From positions 21,328,001-21,392,000 of the forward strand of contig OZ024749.1 in the NCBI GenBank assembly GCA_964016885.1: a DNA stretch of 64,000 nt, written 5' to 3'. The translations under genes and the position numbers were made by a program. This document shows positions 11,254 to 23,900 of this stretch, piece by piece. Numbering within the stretch: position 1 is the first letter of the stretch; each line of letters starts with the position of its first letter. Under the pieces are notes generated by a model. The model made no database searches. It saw only the letters and a list, made by a program, of their open reading frames with translations, and was not told the origin of the DNA. This DNA is from Eledone cirrhosa. Lineage: Eukaryota.

Positions 11254-11591
11254 GGTTACGTTTATTCATTTTTTTGATTTTTTCACTTTTTCTATTTTTC
11301 ATTTCTTCATTTTCTCAATTTTTTAGCGTTAGGGTTATGGGTAATGTTAGCGTTAAGCTTAGGGATAGGTTTAGCGTTAGGGTTAGGGTTAGGTTTAGGG
11401 TTGGGGTTAGGGTTAGTGTTAGGGTTAATGTTTAGGATTTAGGGTTTAGGGTTATGGTTAGGGTTAGGATTAGGTTTAGGGTCAGTGTTAGTGCTCCACT
11501 TACAGTTAGGGTTAGGGTTAGGATTAATGTTTAGCGTTTTGGGTTTAGGGTTAGGGTTAGGATTGGGGTTAGGTTTAGGGTTAGGTCTAGT

Positions 11592-11623
<32 letters not shown>

Positions 11624-12077
11624 GTAGGGTTAAATTTAGGGTTAGGGTTAGGGTTAGGGTTAGGGTTAGCGTTAGTGTTAGGGTTAGGGTTAGGACTAGG
11701 GTTAGCGTTAAGGTTAGGGTTAGGGTTGGGGTTAGGGTTAGGGTTAAGGTTACGATTAGGATTTAGGGTTAGGGTTAGGGTTATGTTTAGGGTTAATAAC
11801 TTTTCATTTTTACGATTTTTTCATTTTTTCGATCTTTTCGATTTTTTCATTATTTCAATTTTTTAGCGTTAGGGTTAGGGGTATGGATAGGGTTAGTGTT
11901 TAGGGTTTAGGGTTTAGGGTTATGGTTAGGGTTATGGTTAGGGTTAGGGTTAGGGTTAGGGTTAGGTTTACTGTTAGGTTTATGGTTAGCGTTAGGGTTA
12001 GGGTTTAGGATTTTGGGTTTAGGTTTAGGGTTATGGTTAGGGTTAGGGTTAAGGTAGTGTTAGTGTCTCGGTTAGAG

Positions 12078-12111
<34 letters not shown>

Positions 12112-12400
12112 TTGTTATGGTTAGGGTTAGGATTAGGGTTAGGTTTAGTGTTACGGTTAGAGTTAGAGTAAGGATTAGGGTTTAGGGTTAGGGTTAGGGT
12201 TAGGGTTAGGTTTAGGGTTTAGGGGTAGGGTTAGGTTTAGGGTTAGGGTTAGGGTTACGTATTTTCATTTTTTTTATTTTTTCACTTTTTCTATTTTTCA
12301 TTTCTTCATTTTCTCTATTTTTTAGCGTTAGGGTTATGGGTAAGGTTAGCGTTAAGGTTAGTGTTAGGGTTAGGATTAATGTTTAGCGTTAGGGTTAGGG
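11030..12400 (+). repeat. Deleted paralogue of ~230-2300
   Basis: Shared rare words GGTCAGTGTTAGTGCTCCA, GGACTAGGG, TTACGATTAGGA, GTGTCTCGG and TTAGAGTAAGGA. The ~330-bp piece at ~960-1290 is absent in this copy. Confidence 0.8.
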
Positions 12401-15400
12401 TTAGGGTTAGGGTTAGGGTTAATGTTTAGGATTTAGGGTTTAGGGTTATGGTTAGGGTTAGGGTTAGGGTTAGGTTTAGTGTTAGTGTTCCGGTTACAGT
12501 TAGGGTTAGGGTTAGGATTTAGGGTTAGGGTTAGGTTTAGGATTAATGTTTAGCGTTTTGGGTTTAGGGTTAGCGTTAGGATTAGGGTTAGGTTTAGGTT
12601 TAGGTCTAGTGTTAGGCTTAGGGTTAGGGTTAAATTTAGGGTTAGGGTTAGTGTTAGGGTTAGCGTTAGTGTTAGGGTTAGGGTTAGGGGTAGGGTTAGC
12701 GTTAAGTTTAGGGTTAGGCTTAGGGTTAGGGTTAGGATTAGGATTTAGGGTTAGGGTTAGGGTTACCTTTAGGGTTAAGGATTTTTCATTTTTACGATTT
12801 TTTCAATTTTTCGATTTTTTCATTATTTCAATTTTTTAGCGTTAGGGTTAGGGGTATGGATAGGGTTAGTGTTTAGGGTTTAGGGTTTAGGGTTTAGGGT
12901 TATGGTTAGGGTTAGGGTTAGGGTTATGTTTAGTGTTAGGTTTAGGGCTAGGGTTAGGGTTAGGGTTTAGGATTTAGGGTTTAGGTTTAGGCTTATGGCT
13001 AGTGTTAGGGTTAAGGTTAGTGTTAGTGTTTCGGTTAGAGTTAGGGTTAGGGTTTAGGGTTAGGTTAAGGGTTATGGTTAGGGTTAGGATTAGGGTTAGT
13101 GTTAGTGTTACGGTTAGAGTTAGAGTTAGGATTAGGGTTTAGGGTTAGGGTTAGGGTTAGGGTTAGGTTTAGGGGTTGGGTTAGGTGTAGGGTTAGGGTT
13201 AGGGTTAAGTTTTTTCATTTTTTTTATTTTTTCACTTTTTTCTATTTTTCGATTTGTTCATTTTTCGATTTTTTTACATTTTTTCATTTCATCCTTCTTT
13301 CGATTTTTTCGATTTTTTCATTTCTTTCGAATTTTCTTTTTTTCATTTTTTCGATTTTACGATTTTTTAGGGTTAGGGTTAGGGATAGGTTTAGGGTGTA
13401 GGATTTAGGGTTTAGGTTTAGGGTTATGGTTAGGTTTAGGGTTAAGGCTAGTGTTAGTGTTACGGTTAGAGTTAGGTTTAGGGTTAGTGTTTAGGGTTAG
13501 GGTTAGGGTTAGGGTTACGTTTATTCATTTTTTTGATTTTTTCACTTTTTCTACATTTCATTTATTCATTTTCTCAATTTTTTAGCGTTAGGGTTATGGG
13601 TAAGGTTAGCGTTAAGGTTAGGGATAGGTTTAGGGTTAGGGTTAGGGTTAGGTTTAGGGTTAGGTTTAGGGTTAGGGTTAGGGTTAATGTTTAGGATTTA
13701 GGGTTTAGGGTTATGGTTAGGGTTAGGATTAGGGTTAGGGTTAGTGTTAGTGTTCCGGTTACAGTTAGGGTTAGGATGTAGGGTTAGGGTTTGGGTTAGG
13801 ATTAATGTTTAGCGTTTTGGGTTTAGGGTTAGTGTTAGGATTAGGGTTAGGGTTAGGGTTAGGTCTAGTGTTAGGGTTAGGGGTTAGGGTTAGTGTTAGG
13901 GGTAGGGTTAAATTTAGGGTTATGGTTAGGGTTAGGGTTAGCTTTAGTGTTAGGGTTAGGGTTAGGGGTAGGGTTAGCGTTAAGGTTAGGGTTAGGGTTA
14001 GGGTTAGGGTTAGGGTTAGGATTAGGATTTAGGGTTAGGGTTAGGGTTATGTTTAGGGTTAAGGATTTTTCATTTTTACGATATTTTCAATTTTTCGATT
14101 TTTTCGATTTTTTCATTATTTCAATTTTTTAGCGTTAGGGTTAGGGATATGGATAGGGTTAGTGTTTAGGGTTTAGGGTTTAGGGTTATGGTTAGGGTTA
14201 GGGTTAGGGTTAGGTTTACTGTTAGGTTTAGGGTTAGGGTTAGGGTTAGGGTTTAGGATTTAGGGTTTAGGTTTAGGGTTATGTTTAGGGTTAGGGTTAA
14301 GGTTAGTGTTAGTGTTTCGGTTAGAGTTAGGGTTAGGGTTAGGGTTATGATTAGGGTTAGGATTAGGGTTAGTGTTAGTGTTAGTGTTACGGTTAGAGTT
14401 AGAGTTAGGATTAGGGTTTAGGGTTAGTGTTAGGGTTAGGTTTAGGGTTTAGGGGTAGGCTTAGGTTTAGGGTTAGGGTTAGGGTTACGTATTTTAATTT
14501 TTTTATTTTTTCACTTTTTCTATTTTTCATTTCTTCATTTTCTCAATTTTTAGCGTTAGGGTTATGGGTAAGGTTAGAGATAGGTTTAGGGTTAGGGTTA
14601 GGGTTAGGTTTAGGGTTAGGGTTAGGGTTAATGTTTAGGATTTAGGGTTTATGGTTATGGTTAGGGTTAGGGTTAGGGTTAGTGTTAGGGTTAGTGTTAG
14701 TGTTCCGGTTACAGTTAGGGTTAGGGTTAGGATTTTGGGTTAGGGTTAGGGTTAGGATTAATGTTTAGCGTTTTGGGTTTAGGGTTAGGGTTAGGATTAG
14801 GGTTAGGGTTAGGGTTAGGTCTAGTGTTAGGGTTAGGGTTTAGGGTTAGGGTGAGGGTTAGGGTTAAATTTAGGGTTATGGTTAGGGTTAGAATTAGCGT
14901 TAGTGTTAGGGTTAGGGTTAGGGGTAGGGTTAGCGTTAAGTTTAGGGTTAGGCTTAGGGTTAGGGTTAGGATTAGGATTTAGGGTTAGGGTTAGGGTCAT
15001 GTTTAGGGTTAAGGATTTTTCATTTTTACGATTTTTTTAATTTTTCGATTTTTTCGAGTTTTTCATTATTTCAATTTTTTAGCGTTAGGGTTATGGGTAT
15101 GGATAGGGTTAGTGTTTTAGCGTTAATGTTTAGGATTTAGGGTTTAGGGTTAGGGCTAGGGTTAGGGTTATGGTTAGGGTTAGGGTTAGGTTTAGGTTTA
15201 GTGTTAGTGTTAGGGTTAGGGTTAGGGTTAGGGTTAGGGTTAGGATTAGCGTTAATGTTTAGGATTTAGGGTTTAGTGTTAGGGCTAGGATTAGGGTTAG
15301 GGTTAGTGTTAGTGTTAGTGTTACGGTTACAGTTAGGGTTAGGGTTAGGATTTAGGGTTAGGGTTACGGTTAGGGTTTCCTTTTTTTCATTTTTTCGATT

Positions 15401-17659
15401 TTTTCATTTTTCGATTTATTCATTTTTCTATTCTTTTAGATTTTTTCAATTTTTCGATTTTTTCAAATTTTTTCATTACATTTAAAAAAATTTTTTAGAT
15501 TTTTTCATTTTTTCTTTGGGATTTTTCCATTTTTTCATTTTTTCAATTTTTTAGCGTTAGGGTTAGGGGTATGAATTGGGTTAGTGTTTAGGGTTTAGGG
15601 TTAGGGTTAGGGTTAGGGTTAGGGTTAGGGTGTAGGATTTAGGATTTAGGTTTAGGGTTATGTTTAGGTTTAGGGTTAAGGCTAGTGTTAGTGTTACGGT
15701 TAGAGTTAGGTTTAGGGTTAGGGTTTAGGTTTAGGGTTAGGGTTACGTTTATTCATTTTTTGGAATTTTTTCACTTTTTCGATCTTTCATTTCTTCATTT
15801 TCTCAATTTTTTAGCGTTAGGGTTATGGGTAAGTTTAGCGTTAAGGTTAGGGATTGGTTTAGAGTTAGGGTTAGGGTTAGGGTTAGGTTTAGCGTTAGGG
15901 TTAGGGTTAGGGTTAATGTTTATGATTTATGGTTTAGGGTTATGGTTAGGGTTAGGGTTAGGTTTAGGGTTAGTGTTAGTGTTCCGGTTACAGTTAGGGT
16001 TAGGGTTTTTTCATTTTTACGATTTTATCATTTTTCGATTTTTTCATTTTTCGATTTTTTTCGATTTTTTCATTTTATCCTTTCGATTTTTTCGATTTTT
16101 TCATTTCTTTCGAATTTTATTTTTTTTCATTTTTTCGATATTACGATTTTTTCGATTTTTTCATTTTTTCACTATTTCATTTCTTCGAATTTTCGATTTT
16201 CTCGTTTTTTTTCATTTTACCATTTTTTCGATTTTTTCTATATTTCGATTTTTTCGATTTTTTCATTTTTTCATTTTCTCAATTTTTTAGCGTTAGGGTT
16301 ATGTGTAAGATTAGCGTTAAGGTTATGGATAGGTTTAGTGTTAGGGCTAGGGTTAGGGTTAGGGTTAGGATTAGCGTTAATGTTTAGGATTTAGGGTTTA
16401 GGGTTAGGGCTAGGGCTAGGGTTAGGGTTATGGTTATGGTTAGGGTTAGGGTTAGGGTTAGGTTTAGTGTTAGGGTTAGGGTTAGGGTTAGGGTTAGGGT
16501 TACGGTTAGGGTTTCCTTTTTTTCATTTTTTCGATTTTTTCATTTTTCGATTTTTTCATTTTTCCATTTTTTTAGATTTTTTCATTTTTTCGATTTTTTC
16601 AATTTTTCGATTTTTTCATTTTTTCTGGTTTGGGATTTTTCCATTTTTTCATTTCAATATTTTAGCGTTAGGGTTAGGGGTATGAATTGGGTTAGTGTTT
16701 AGGGTTTAGGGTTTAGTGTTATGGTTAGGGTTAGGGTTAGGTTTAGTGTTAGGGTTAGGGTGTAGGATTTAGGGTTTTGGTTTAGGGTTATGGTTAGGTT
16801 CAGGGTTAATGCTAGTGTTTGTGTTACGGTTAGAGTTACGTTTAGGGTTAGGGTTTAGGGGTAGGGTTAGGGTTAGGGTTAGGGTTAGGGTTACGTTTAT
16901 TCATTTTTTGGATTTTTTCACTTTTTCGATCTTTCATTTCTTCATTTTCTCAATTTTTTAGCGTTAGGGTTATGGGTAAGGTTAGCGTTAAGGTTATGGA
17001 TTGGTTTAGGGTTAGGGTTAAGTTTAGGCTTAGGGTTAGGGTTAGGGTTAGGGTTAGGGTTAGGGTTAGGGTTAGGGTTAGTGTTAGTGTTCCGATTCAA
17101 GTTAATGTTAGGGTTAGGATTTAGGGTTAGGGTTAGGGTTAGGATTAAAGTTTAGCGTTTTGGGTTTAGGGTTAGGGTTCGGATTAGGGTTAGGCTTAGG
17201 GTTAGGTCTAGTGTTAGGGTTAGAGTTTAGGGTTAGGGTTAGGGGTAGGGTTAAGTTTAGGGTTAGGTTTAGGGTTAGGGTTAGCGTTAGGGTTAGGGTT
17301 AGGGTTAGGTGTTGGGTTAGCGTTAAGTTTAGGGTTAGGGTTAGGGTTAGGGTTAGGATTAGGATTAAGGGTTAGGGTTAGGGTTATGATTAGGGTTAAG
17401 GTTTTTTTTTCCGATTTTTTCAATTTTTCGATTTTTTCGATTTTTTCATTATTTCAATTTTTTAGCGTTAGGGTAAGGGGTATGGATAGGGTTAGTGTTT
17501 AGGGTTTAGGGTTTAGGGTTATGGTTAGGGTTAGGGTTAGGGTTAGGTTTAGTGTTAGGTTTAGGGTTAGTGTTAGGGTGAGGGTTTAGGATTTAGGGTT
17601 TAGGTTTAGGGTTATGGTTAGGGTTAGTGTTAAGGTTAGTGTTAGTGTTTCGGTTAGAG

Positions 17660-17699
<40 letters not shown>

Positions 17700-18455
17700 C
17701 GTTTATTAATTTTTTTGATTTTTTTCACTTTTTCGATCTTTCATTTCTTCATTTTCTCAATTTTTTAGCGTTAGGGTTATGGGTAAGGTTAGCGTTAAGG
17801 TTAGGGATTGGTTTAGAGTTAGGGTTAGGGTTAGGTTTAGGGTTAGGGTTAGGGTTAGGGTTAATGTTTATGATTTAGGGTTTAGGGTTATGGTTATGGT
17901 TAGGGTTAGGGTTAGGGTTAGTGTTAGTGTTCCGGTTACAGTTAGGGATAGGATTTAGGGTTAGGGTTAGGATTAATGTTTAGGATTTAGGGTTTAGGGT
18001 TAGGGTTAGGGTTAGGGTTAGGGTTAGTGTTAGTGTTACGGTTACAGTTAGGATTCGGGTTATTTTTACGATTTTTTCATTTTTCGATTTTTTTCGATTT
18101 GTTCATTTTATCCTTCTTTCGATTTTTTCGATTTTTTCATTTCTTTCAAATTTTATTTTTTTTATTTTTTCGATTTTACGATTTTGTCGATTTTTTCCTT
18201 TTTTAACTATTTCATTTTTTCGAATTTTCGATTTTCTCTTTTTTTTCATTTTACCATTTTTTCGATTTTTTCTATTTTTCGATTTTTTCGATTATTTCAT
18301 TTTTTCATTTTCTCAATTTTTTATCGTTAGGGTTATGTGTAAGGTTAGCGTTAAGGTTAGGGATGGGTTTAGGGTGTAGGATTTAGGGTTTAGGCTTAGG
18401 GTTATGGTTAGGTTTAGGGTTAAGGCTAGTGTTAGTGTTATGGTTAGAGTTAGGT

Positions 18456-18486
<31 letters not shown>

Positions 18487-19310
18487 CTAGGGTTACGTTT
18501 ATTCATTTTTTTGATTTTTTCACTCTTTCTATTTTTCATTTCTTCATTTTCTGAATTTTTTAGCGTTAGGGTTATGGGTAATGTTAGCGTTAAGTTTAGG
18601 GATAGGTTTAGGGTTAGGGTTAGGGTTAGGGTTAGGTTTCGGGTTAGGGTTAGGTTTAGGGTTAGGGTTAATGTTTAGGATTTAGGGTTTAGGGTTATGG
18701 TTAGGGTTAGGGTTAGGGTTAGGGTTAGTGTTAGTGTTCCGGTTACAGTTAGGGTTAGGGTTAGGGTTAGGATTAATGCTTAGCGTTTTGGGTTTAGGGT
18801 TAGGGTAAGGATTAGGGTTAGGGTTAGGGTTAGGTCTAGTGTTAGGGTTACGGTTTAGGGTTAGGGTTAGGGGTAGAGTTAAGTTTAGGGTTAGGGTTAG
18901 GGTTATGGTTAGCGTTAGGGTTAGGGTTAGGGTTAGGGGTAGGGTTAGCGTTAAGTTTAAGGTTAGGGTTAGGGTTAGGATTTAGGGTTAGGGTTAGGGT
19001 TATGTTTAGGGCTAAGGTTTTTTCATTTTTACGATTTTTTCAATTTTTCGATTTTTTTCGATTTTTTCATTATTTTAATTATTTAGCGTTAGGGTTAGGG
19101 GTATGGATAGGGTTAGTGTTTAGGGTTTAGGGTTTAGGGTTATGGTTAGGGTTAGGGTTAGGGTTAGGGTTAGGTTTAGTGTTAGGTTTAGGGTTATGGT
19201 TAGGGTTAGGGTTAAGGTTAGTGTTAGTGTTTCGTTTAGAGTTAGGGTTATGGTTAGTGTTTAGGGTTAGGGTTAGGGTTAGGGTTAGGGTTAGGGTTAG
19301 GGTTAGGGTT

Positions 19311-20875
19311 AGGGTTTAGGATTTAGGGTTTAGGTTTAGGGTTATGGTTAGGGTTAGGGTTAAGGTTAGTGTTAGTGTTTCGGTTAGAGTTAGGGTTAGG
19401 GTTTAGGGTTAGGTTAAGGGTAATGGTTAGGGTTAGGATTAGGGTTAGTGTTAGTGTTACGGTTAGAGTTAGAGTTAGGATTAGGGTTTAGGGTTAGGGT
19501 TAGGGTTAGGTTTAGGGGTAGGGTTAGGTGTAAGGTTAGGGTTAGGGTTAGGGTTACGGTTTCGTTTTTTCATTTTTTCGATTTTTTCATTTTTCGATTT
19601 TTTTTTAGATTTTTTCATTTATTTCGAATTTTCTTTTTTTCATTTTTTCGATTTTACGATTTTTTGATTTTTTCATTTTTGAACTATTTCATTTTTTCGA
19701 ATTTTCGATTTTCTCGTATTTTTTATTTTACCATTTTTTCGATTTTTTTTTTTCATTTCTTCATTTTCTCGATTTTTTAGCGTTAGGGTTATGTGTAAGG
19801 TTAGCGTTAAGGTTAGGGATAGGTTTAGGGTTAGGGTTAGGGTTAGGTTTAGGGTTAGGGTTAGGGTTAGGGTTAGGGTTAATGTTTAGGATTTAGGGTT
19901 TAGGGTTATGGTTAGGGTTAGGGTTAGGGTTAGGGTTAGTGTTAGTGTTAGTGTTGCGGTTACAGTTAGGGTTAGGGTTAGGATTTAGGGTTAGGGTTAG
20001 GGTTAGTTTTAATGTTTAGCGTTTTTGGGTTAGGGTTAGGGTTAGGGTTAGGGTTAGGTTTAGTGTTAGATTTAGGGCTAGGTATAGGGTTAGGGTTAGG
20101 GTTAGGGTTAGGGTTAGGGTTAGGGTTAGGGTTTAGGATTTAGGGTTTAGGTTTAGGGTTATGGTTAGGGTTAGGGTTAAGGTTAGTGTTAGTGTTTCGG
20201 TTAGAGTTAGGGTTAGGGTTTAGGGTTAGGTTAAGGGTAATGGTTAGGGTTAGGATTAGGGTTAGTGTTAGTGTTACGGTTAGAGTTAGAGTTAGGATTA
20301 GGGTTTAGGGTTAGGGTTAGGGTTAGGTTTAGGGGTAGGGTTAGGTGTAGGGTTAGGGTTAAGTTTTTTCATTTTTTTTATTTTTTCACTTTTTCTATTT
20401 TTCGATTTTTTCATTTTTCGACTTTTTTACATTTTTTCATTTTATCCTTCTTTCGATTTTTTTCGATTTTTTCATTTCTTTCGAATTTTCTTTTTTTCGT
20501 TTTTTCGATTTTACGATTTTTTAGATTTTTTAATTTTTTCACTATTTCATTTTTTCGAATATTCGATTTTCTCGTTTTTTTCATTTTACCATATTTTCTA
20601 TTTTTTCTATTTTTTCTATTTTTCGATTTTTCGATTTTTTCATTTTTTCATTTTCTCAATTTTTTAGCGTTAGGGTTATGTGTAAGGTTAGCGTTAAGAT
20701 TAGGAATAGGTTTAGGGTGTAGGATTTAGGGTTTAGGTTTAGGGTGTAGGATTTAGGGTTTAGGTTTTAGGGTTAGGGTTAGGGTTAGGGTTTAGGATTT
20801 AGTGTTTAGGTTTAGGGTTATGGTTAGGGTTAGGTTTAAGGTTAGTGTTAGTGTTTCGGTTAGAGTTAGGGTTAT

Positions 20876-20906
<31 letters not shown>

Positions 20907-23900
20907 GGTTACGGTTTCGTTTTTTCATTTTTTCGATTTTTTCATTTTTCGATTTTTTTAGATTTTTTCATTTATTTAGAATTTTCTTTTTTTCATTTTT
21001 TCGATTTTACGATTTTTTTGATTTTTTCATTTTTTAACTATTTCATTTTTTCGAATTTTCGATTTTCTCGTATTTTTCATTTTACCATTTTTTCGATTTT
21101 TTTTTTTTCATTTCTTCATTTTCTCAATTTTTTAGCGTTAGGGTTATGTGTAAGGTTAGCGTTAAGGTTAGGGATAGTTTTAGGGTTAGGGTTAGGGTTA
21201 GGTTTAGGGTTAGGGTTAGGGTTAGGGTTAGGGTTAATGTTTAGGATTTAGGGTTTAGGGTTATGGTTAGGGTTAGGGTTAGGGTTAGGGTTAGTGTTAG
21301 TGTTAGTGTTGCGGTTACAGTTAGGGTTAGGGTTAGGATTTAGGGTTAGGGTTAGGGTTAGGATTAATGTTTAGCGTTTTGGGTTAGGGTTAGGGTTAGC
21401 GTTAGGGTTAGGTTTAGTGTTAGATTTAGGGCTAGGTTTTGGGTTAGGGTTAGGGTTAGGGTTAGGGTTTAGGATTTAGGGTTTAGGTTTAGGGTTAGGG
21501 TTAGGGTTAGGGTTAGGGTTAGGGTTAGGGTTAGGTTTAGGGTTAGGGTTAGGGTTAGGGTTAGGGTTAATGTTTAGGATTTAGGATTTAGGGTTATGGT
21601 TAGTGTTAGGATTAGGGTTAGGGTTAGTGTTAGTGTTCCGGTTACAGTTAGGTTTAGGGTTAGGATGTAGGGTTAGGGTTAGGGTTAGGATTAATGTTTA
21701 GCGATTTGGGTTTAGGGTTAGGGTTAGGATTAGGTCTAGTGTTAGGGTTAGGGTTTAGGGTTAGTGTTAGGTGTAGGGTTAAATTTAGGGTTAGGGTTAG
21801 TGTTAGCGTTAGTGTTAGGGTTAGGGTTAGGGGTAGGGTTAGCGTTAAGGTTAGGGTTAGGGTTAGGGTTAGGATTAGGATTTAGGGTTAGGGTTAGGGT
21901 TATGGTTAGGGTTAGGGTTAGGGTTAGGGTTAGGGTTCCGGTTACTTTTAGGGTTAGGGTTAGGGTTAGGATTAATGTTTAGGATTTAGGGTTTAGGGTT
22001 AGGGTTAGGGTTAGGGTTAGTGTTAGTGTTTCGGTTACAGTTAGGATTAGGGTGAGGGTTAGGGTTACGGTTTCGTTTTTTCATTTTTACGATTTTTTCA
22101 TTTTTCGATTTTTTCATTTTTCGATTTTTGTCGATTTTTTCATTTTATCCTTTCGATTTTTTCGATTTTTTAATTTCTTTCGAATTTTCTTTTTTTCATT
22201 TTTTTTATTTTACGATTTTTTCGATTTTTTCATTTTTTCACTATTTCATTTCTTTGAATTTTCGATTTTCTCGTTTTTTTTCATTTTACCATTTTTTCGA
22301 TTTTTTCTATTTTTTCTATTTTTCGATATTTTCGATATTTTCTTTTTTTCATTTTCTCAATTTGTTAGCGTTAGGGTTATGTGTAAGGTTAGCGTTAAGG
22401 TTAGGGATAGGTTTTGTGTTAGGGCTAGGGTTAGGGTTAGGGTTAGGGTTAGAGTTAGGATTAGCGTTAATGTTTAGGATTTAGGGTTTAGGGTTAGGGC
22501 TAGGGTTGGGGTTATGGTTAGGGTTAGGGTTAGCGTTAGGTTTAGTGTTAGGGTTAGGGTTTGGGTTAGGATTTGCGTTAATGTTTAGGATTTAGGGTTT
22601 AGGGTTAGGGTTAGGGTTAGGGTTAGGGTTAGGGTTAGGGTTAGGGTTAGGGTTAGGGTTAGGGTTAGGGTTAGGGTTAGGGTTAGGGTTAGGGTTAGGG
22701 TTAGGGTTAGGGTTAGGGTTAGGGTTAGGGTTAGGGTTAGGGTTAGGGTTAGGGTTAGGGTTAGGGTTAGGGTTAGGGTTAGGGTTAGGGTTAGGGTTAG
22801 GGTTAGGGTTACGGTTAGGGTTTCTTTTTTTCATTTTTTCGATTTTTTCATTTTTCGATTTTTTTCATTTTTCTATTTTTTTAGATTTTTTTCATTTTTT
22901 CGATTTTTTCAATTTTTCCATTTTTTCAAATTTTTTCAGTATTTCATTTTTAAATTTTTTTTAGATTTTATCATTTTTTCTTGTTTGGGATTTTTCCATT
23001 TTTTCATTTCAATATTTTAGCGTTAGGGTTAGGGGTATGAATTGGGTTAGTGTTTAGGGTTGAGGGTTTAGGGTTATGGTTAGGGTTAGGTTTAGTGTTA
23101 GGGTTAGGGTTAGTGTTAGCGTTAGTGTTAGGGTTAGGGTTAGCGTTAGGGTTAGGATTAGGATTTAGGGTTAGGGTTAGGGCTAGGGTTATGGTTAGGG
23201 TTAGGGTTAGGGTTAGGGTTAGGGTTAGGGTTAGGGTTCCGGTTACGGTTAGGGTTACGGTTACAGTTAGGATTAGGGTTAGGGTTAGGGTTAGGGTTAG
23301 GGTTAGGGTTAGGGTTAGGGTTAGTGTTAGTGTTACGGTTACAGTTAGGATTAGGGTTAGGGTTAGGGTTACGGTTTCGTTTTTTAATTTTTACTATTTT
23401 TTCATTTTTCGATTTTTGTCGATTTTTTCATTTTATCCTTCCTTCGATTTTTTCGATTTTTTAATTTCTTTCGAATTTTCATTTTTTTAATTTTCTCAAT
23501 TTTTTAGCGTTAGGGTTATGTGTAAGGTTAGCGTTAAGGTTAGGGATAGGTTTAGTGTTAGGGCTAGGGTTAGGGTTAGGGTTAGGGTTAGGATTAGCGT
23601 TAATGTTTAGGATTTAGGGTTTAGGGTTAGGGCTAGGGTTAGGGTTATGGTTAGGGTTAGGGTTAGGGTTAGGTTTAGTGTTAGGGTTAGTGTTAGGGTT
23701 AGGGTTAGGATTAGTGTTAGGTTTAGTGTTAGGGCTAGGGTTAGGGTTAGGGTTAGGGTTAGGATTAGCGTTAATGTTTAGGATTTAGGGTTTAGGGTTA
23801 GGGCTAGGGTTAGGGTTAGGGTTAGTGTTACGGTTAGGGTTTCTTTTTTTCATTTTTTCGATTTTTTCATTTTTCGATTTTTTTCATTTTATATTTTTTT

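Noticed and set aside
22599-22808. Telomere-telomere fusion site or actual chromosome end
   Set aside because: No inverted CCCTAA tract follows, and the satellite continues in register on both sides.
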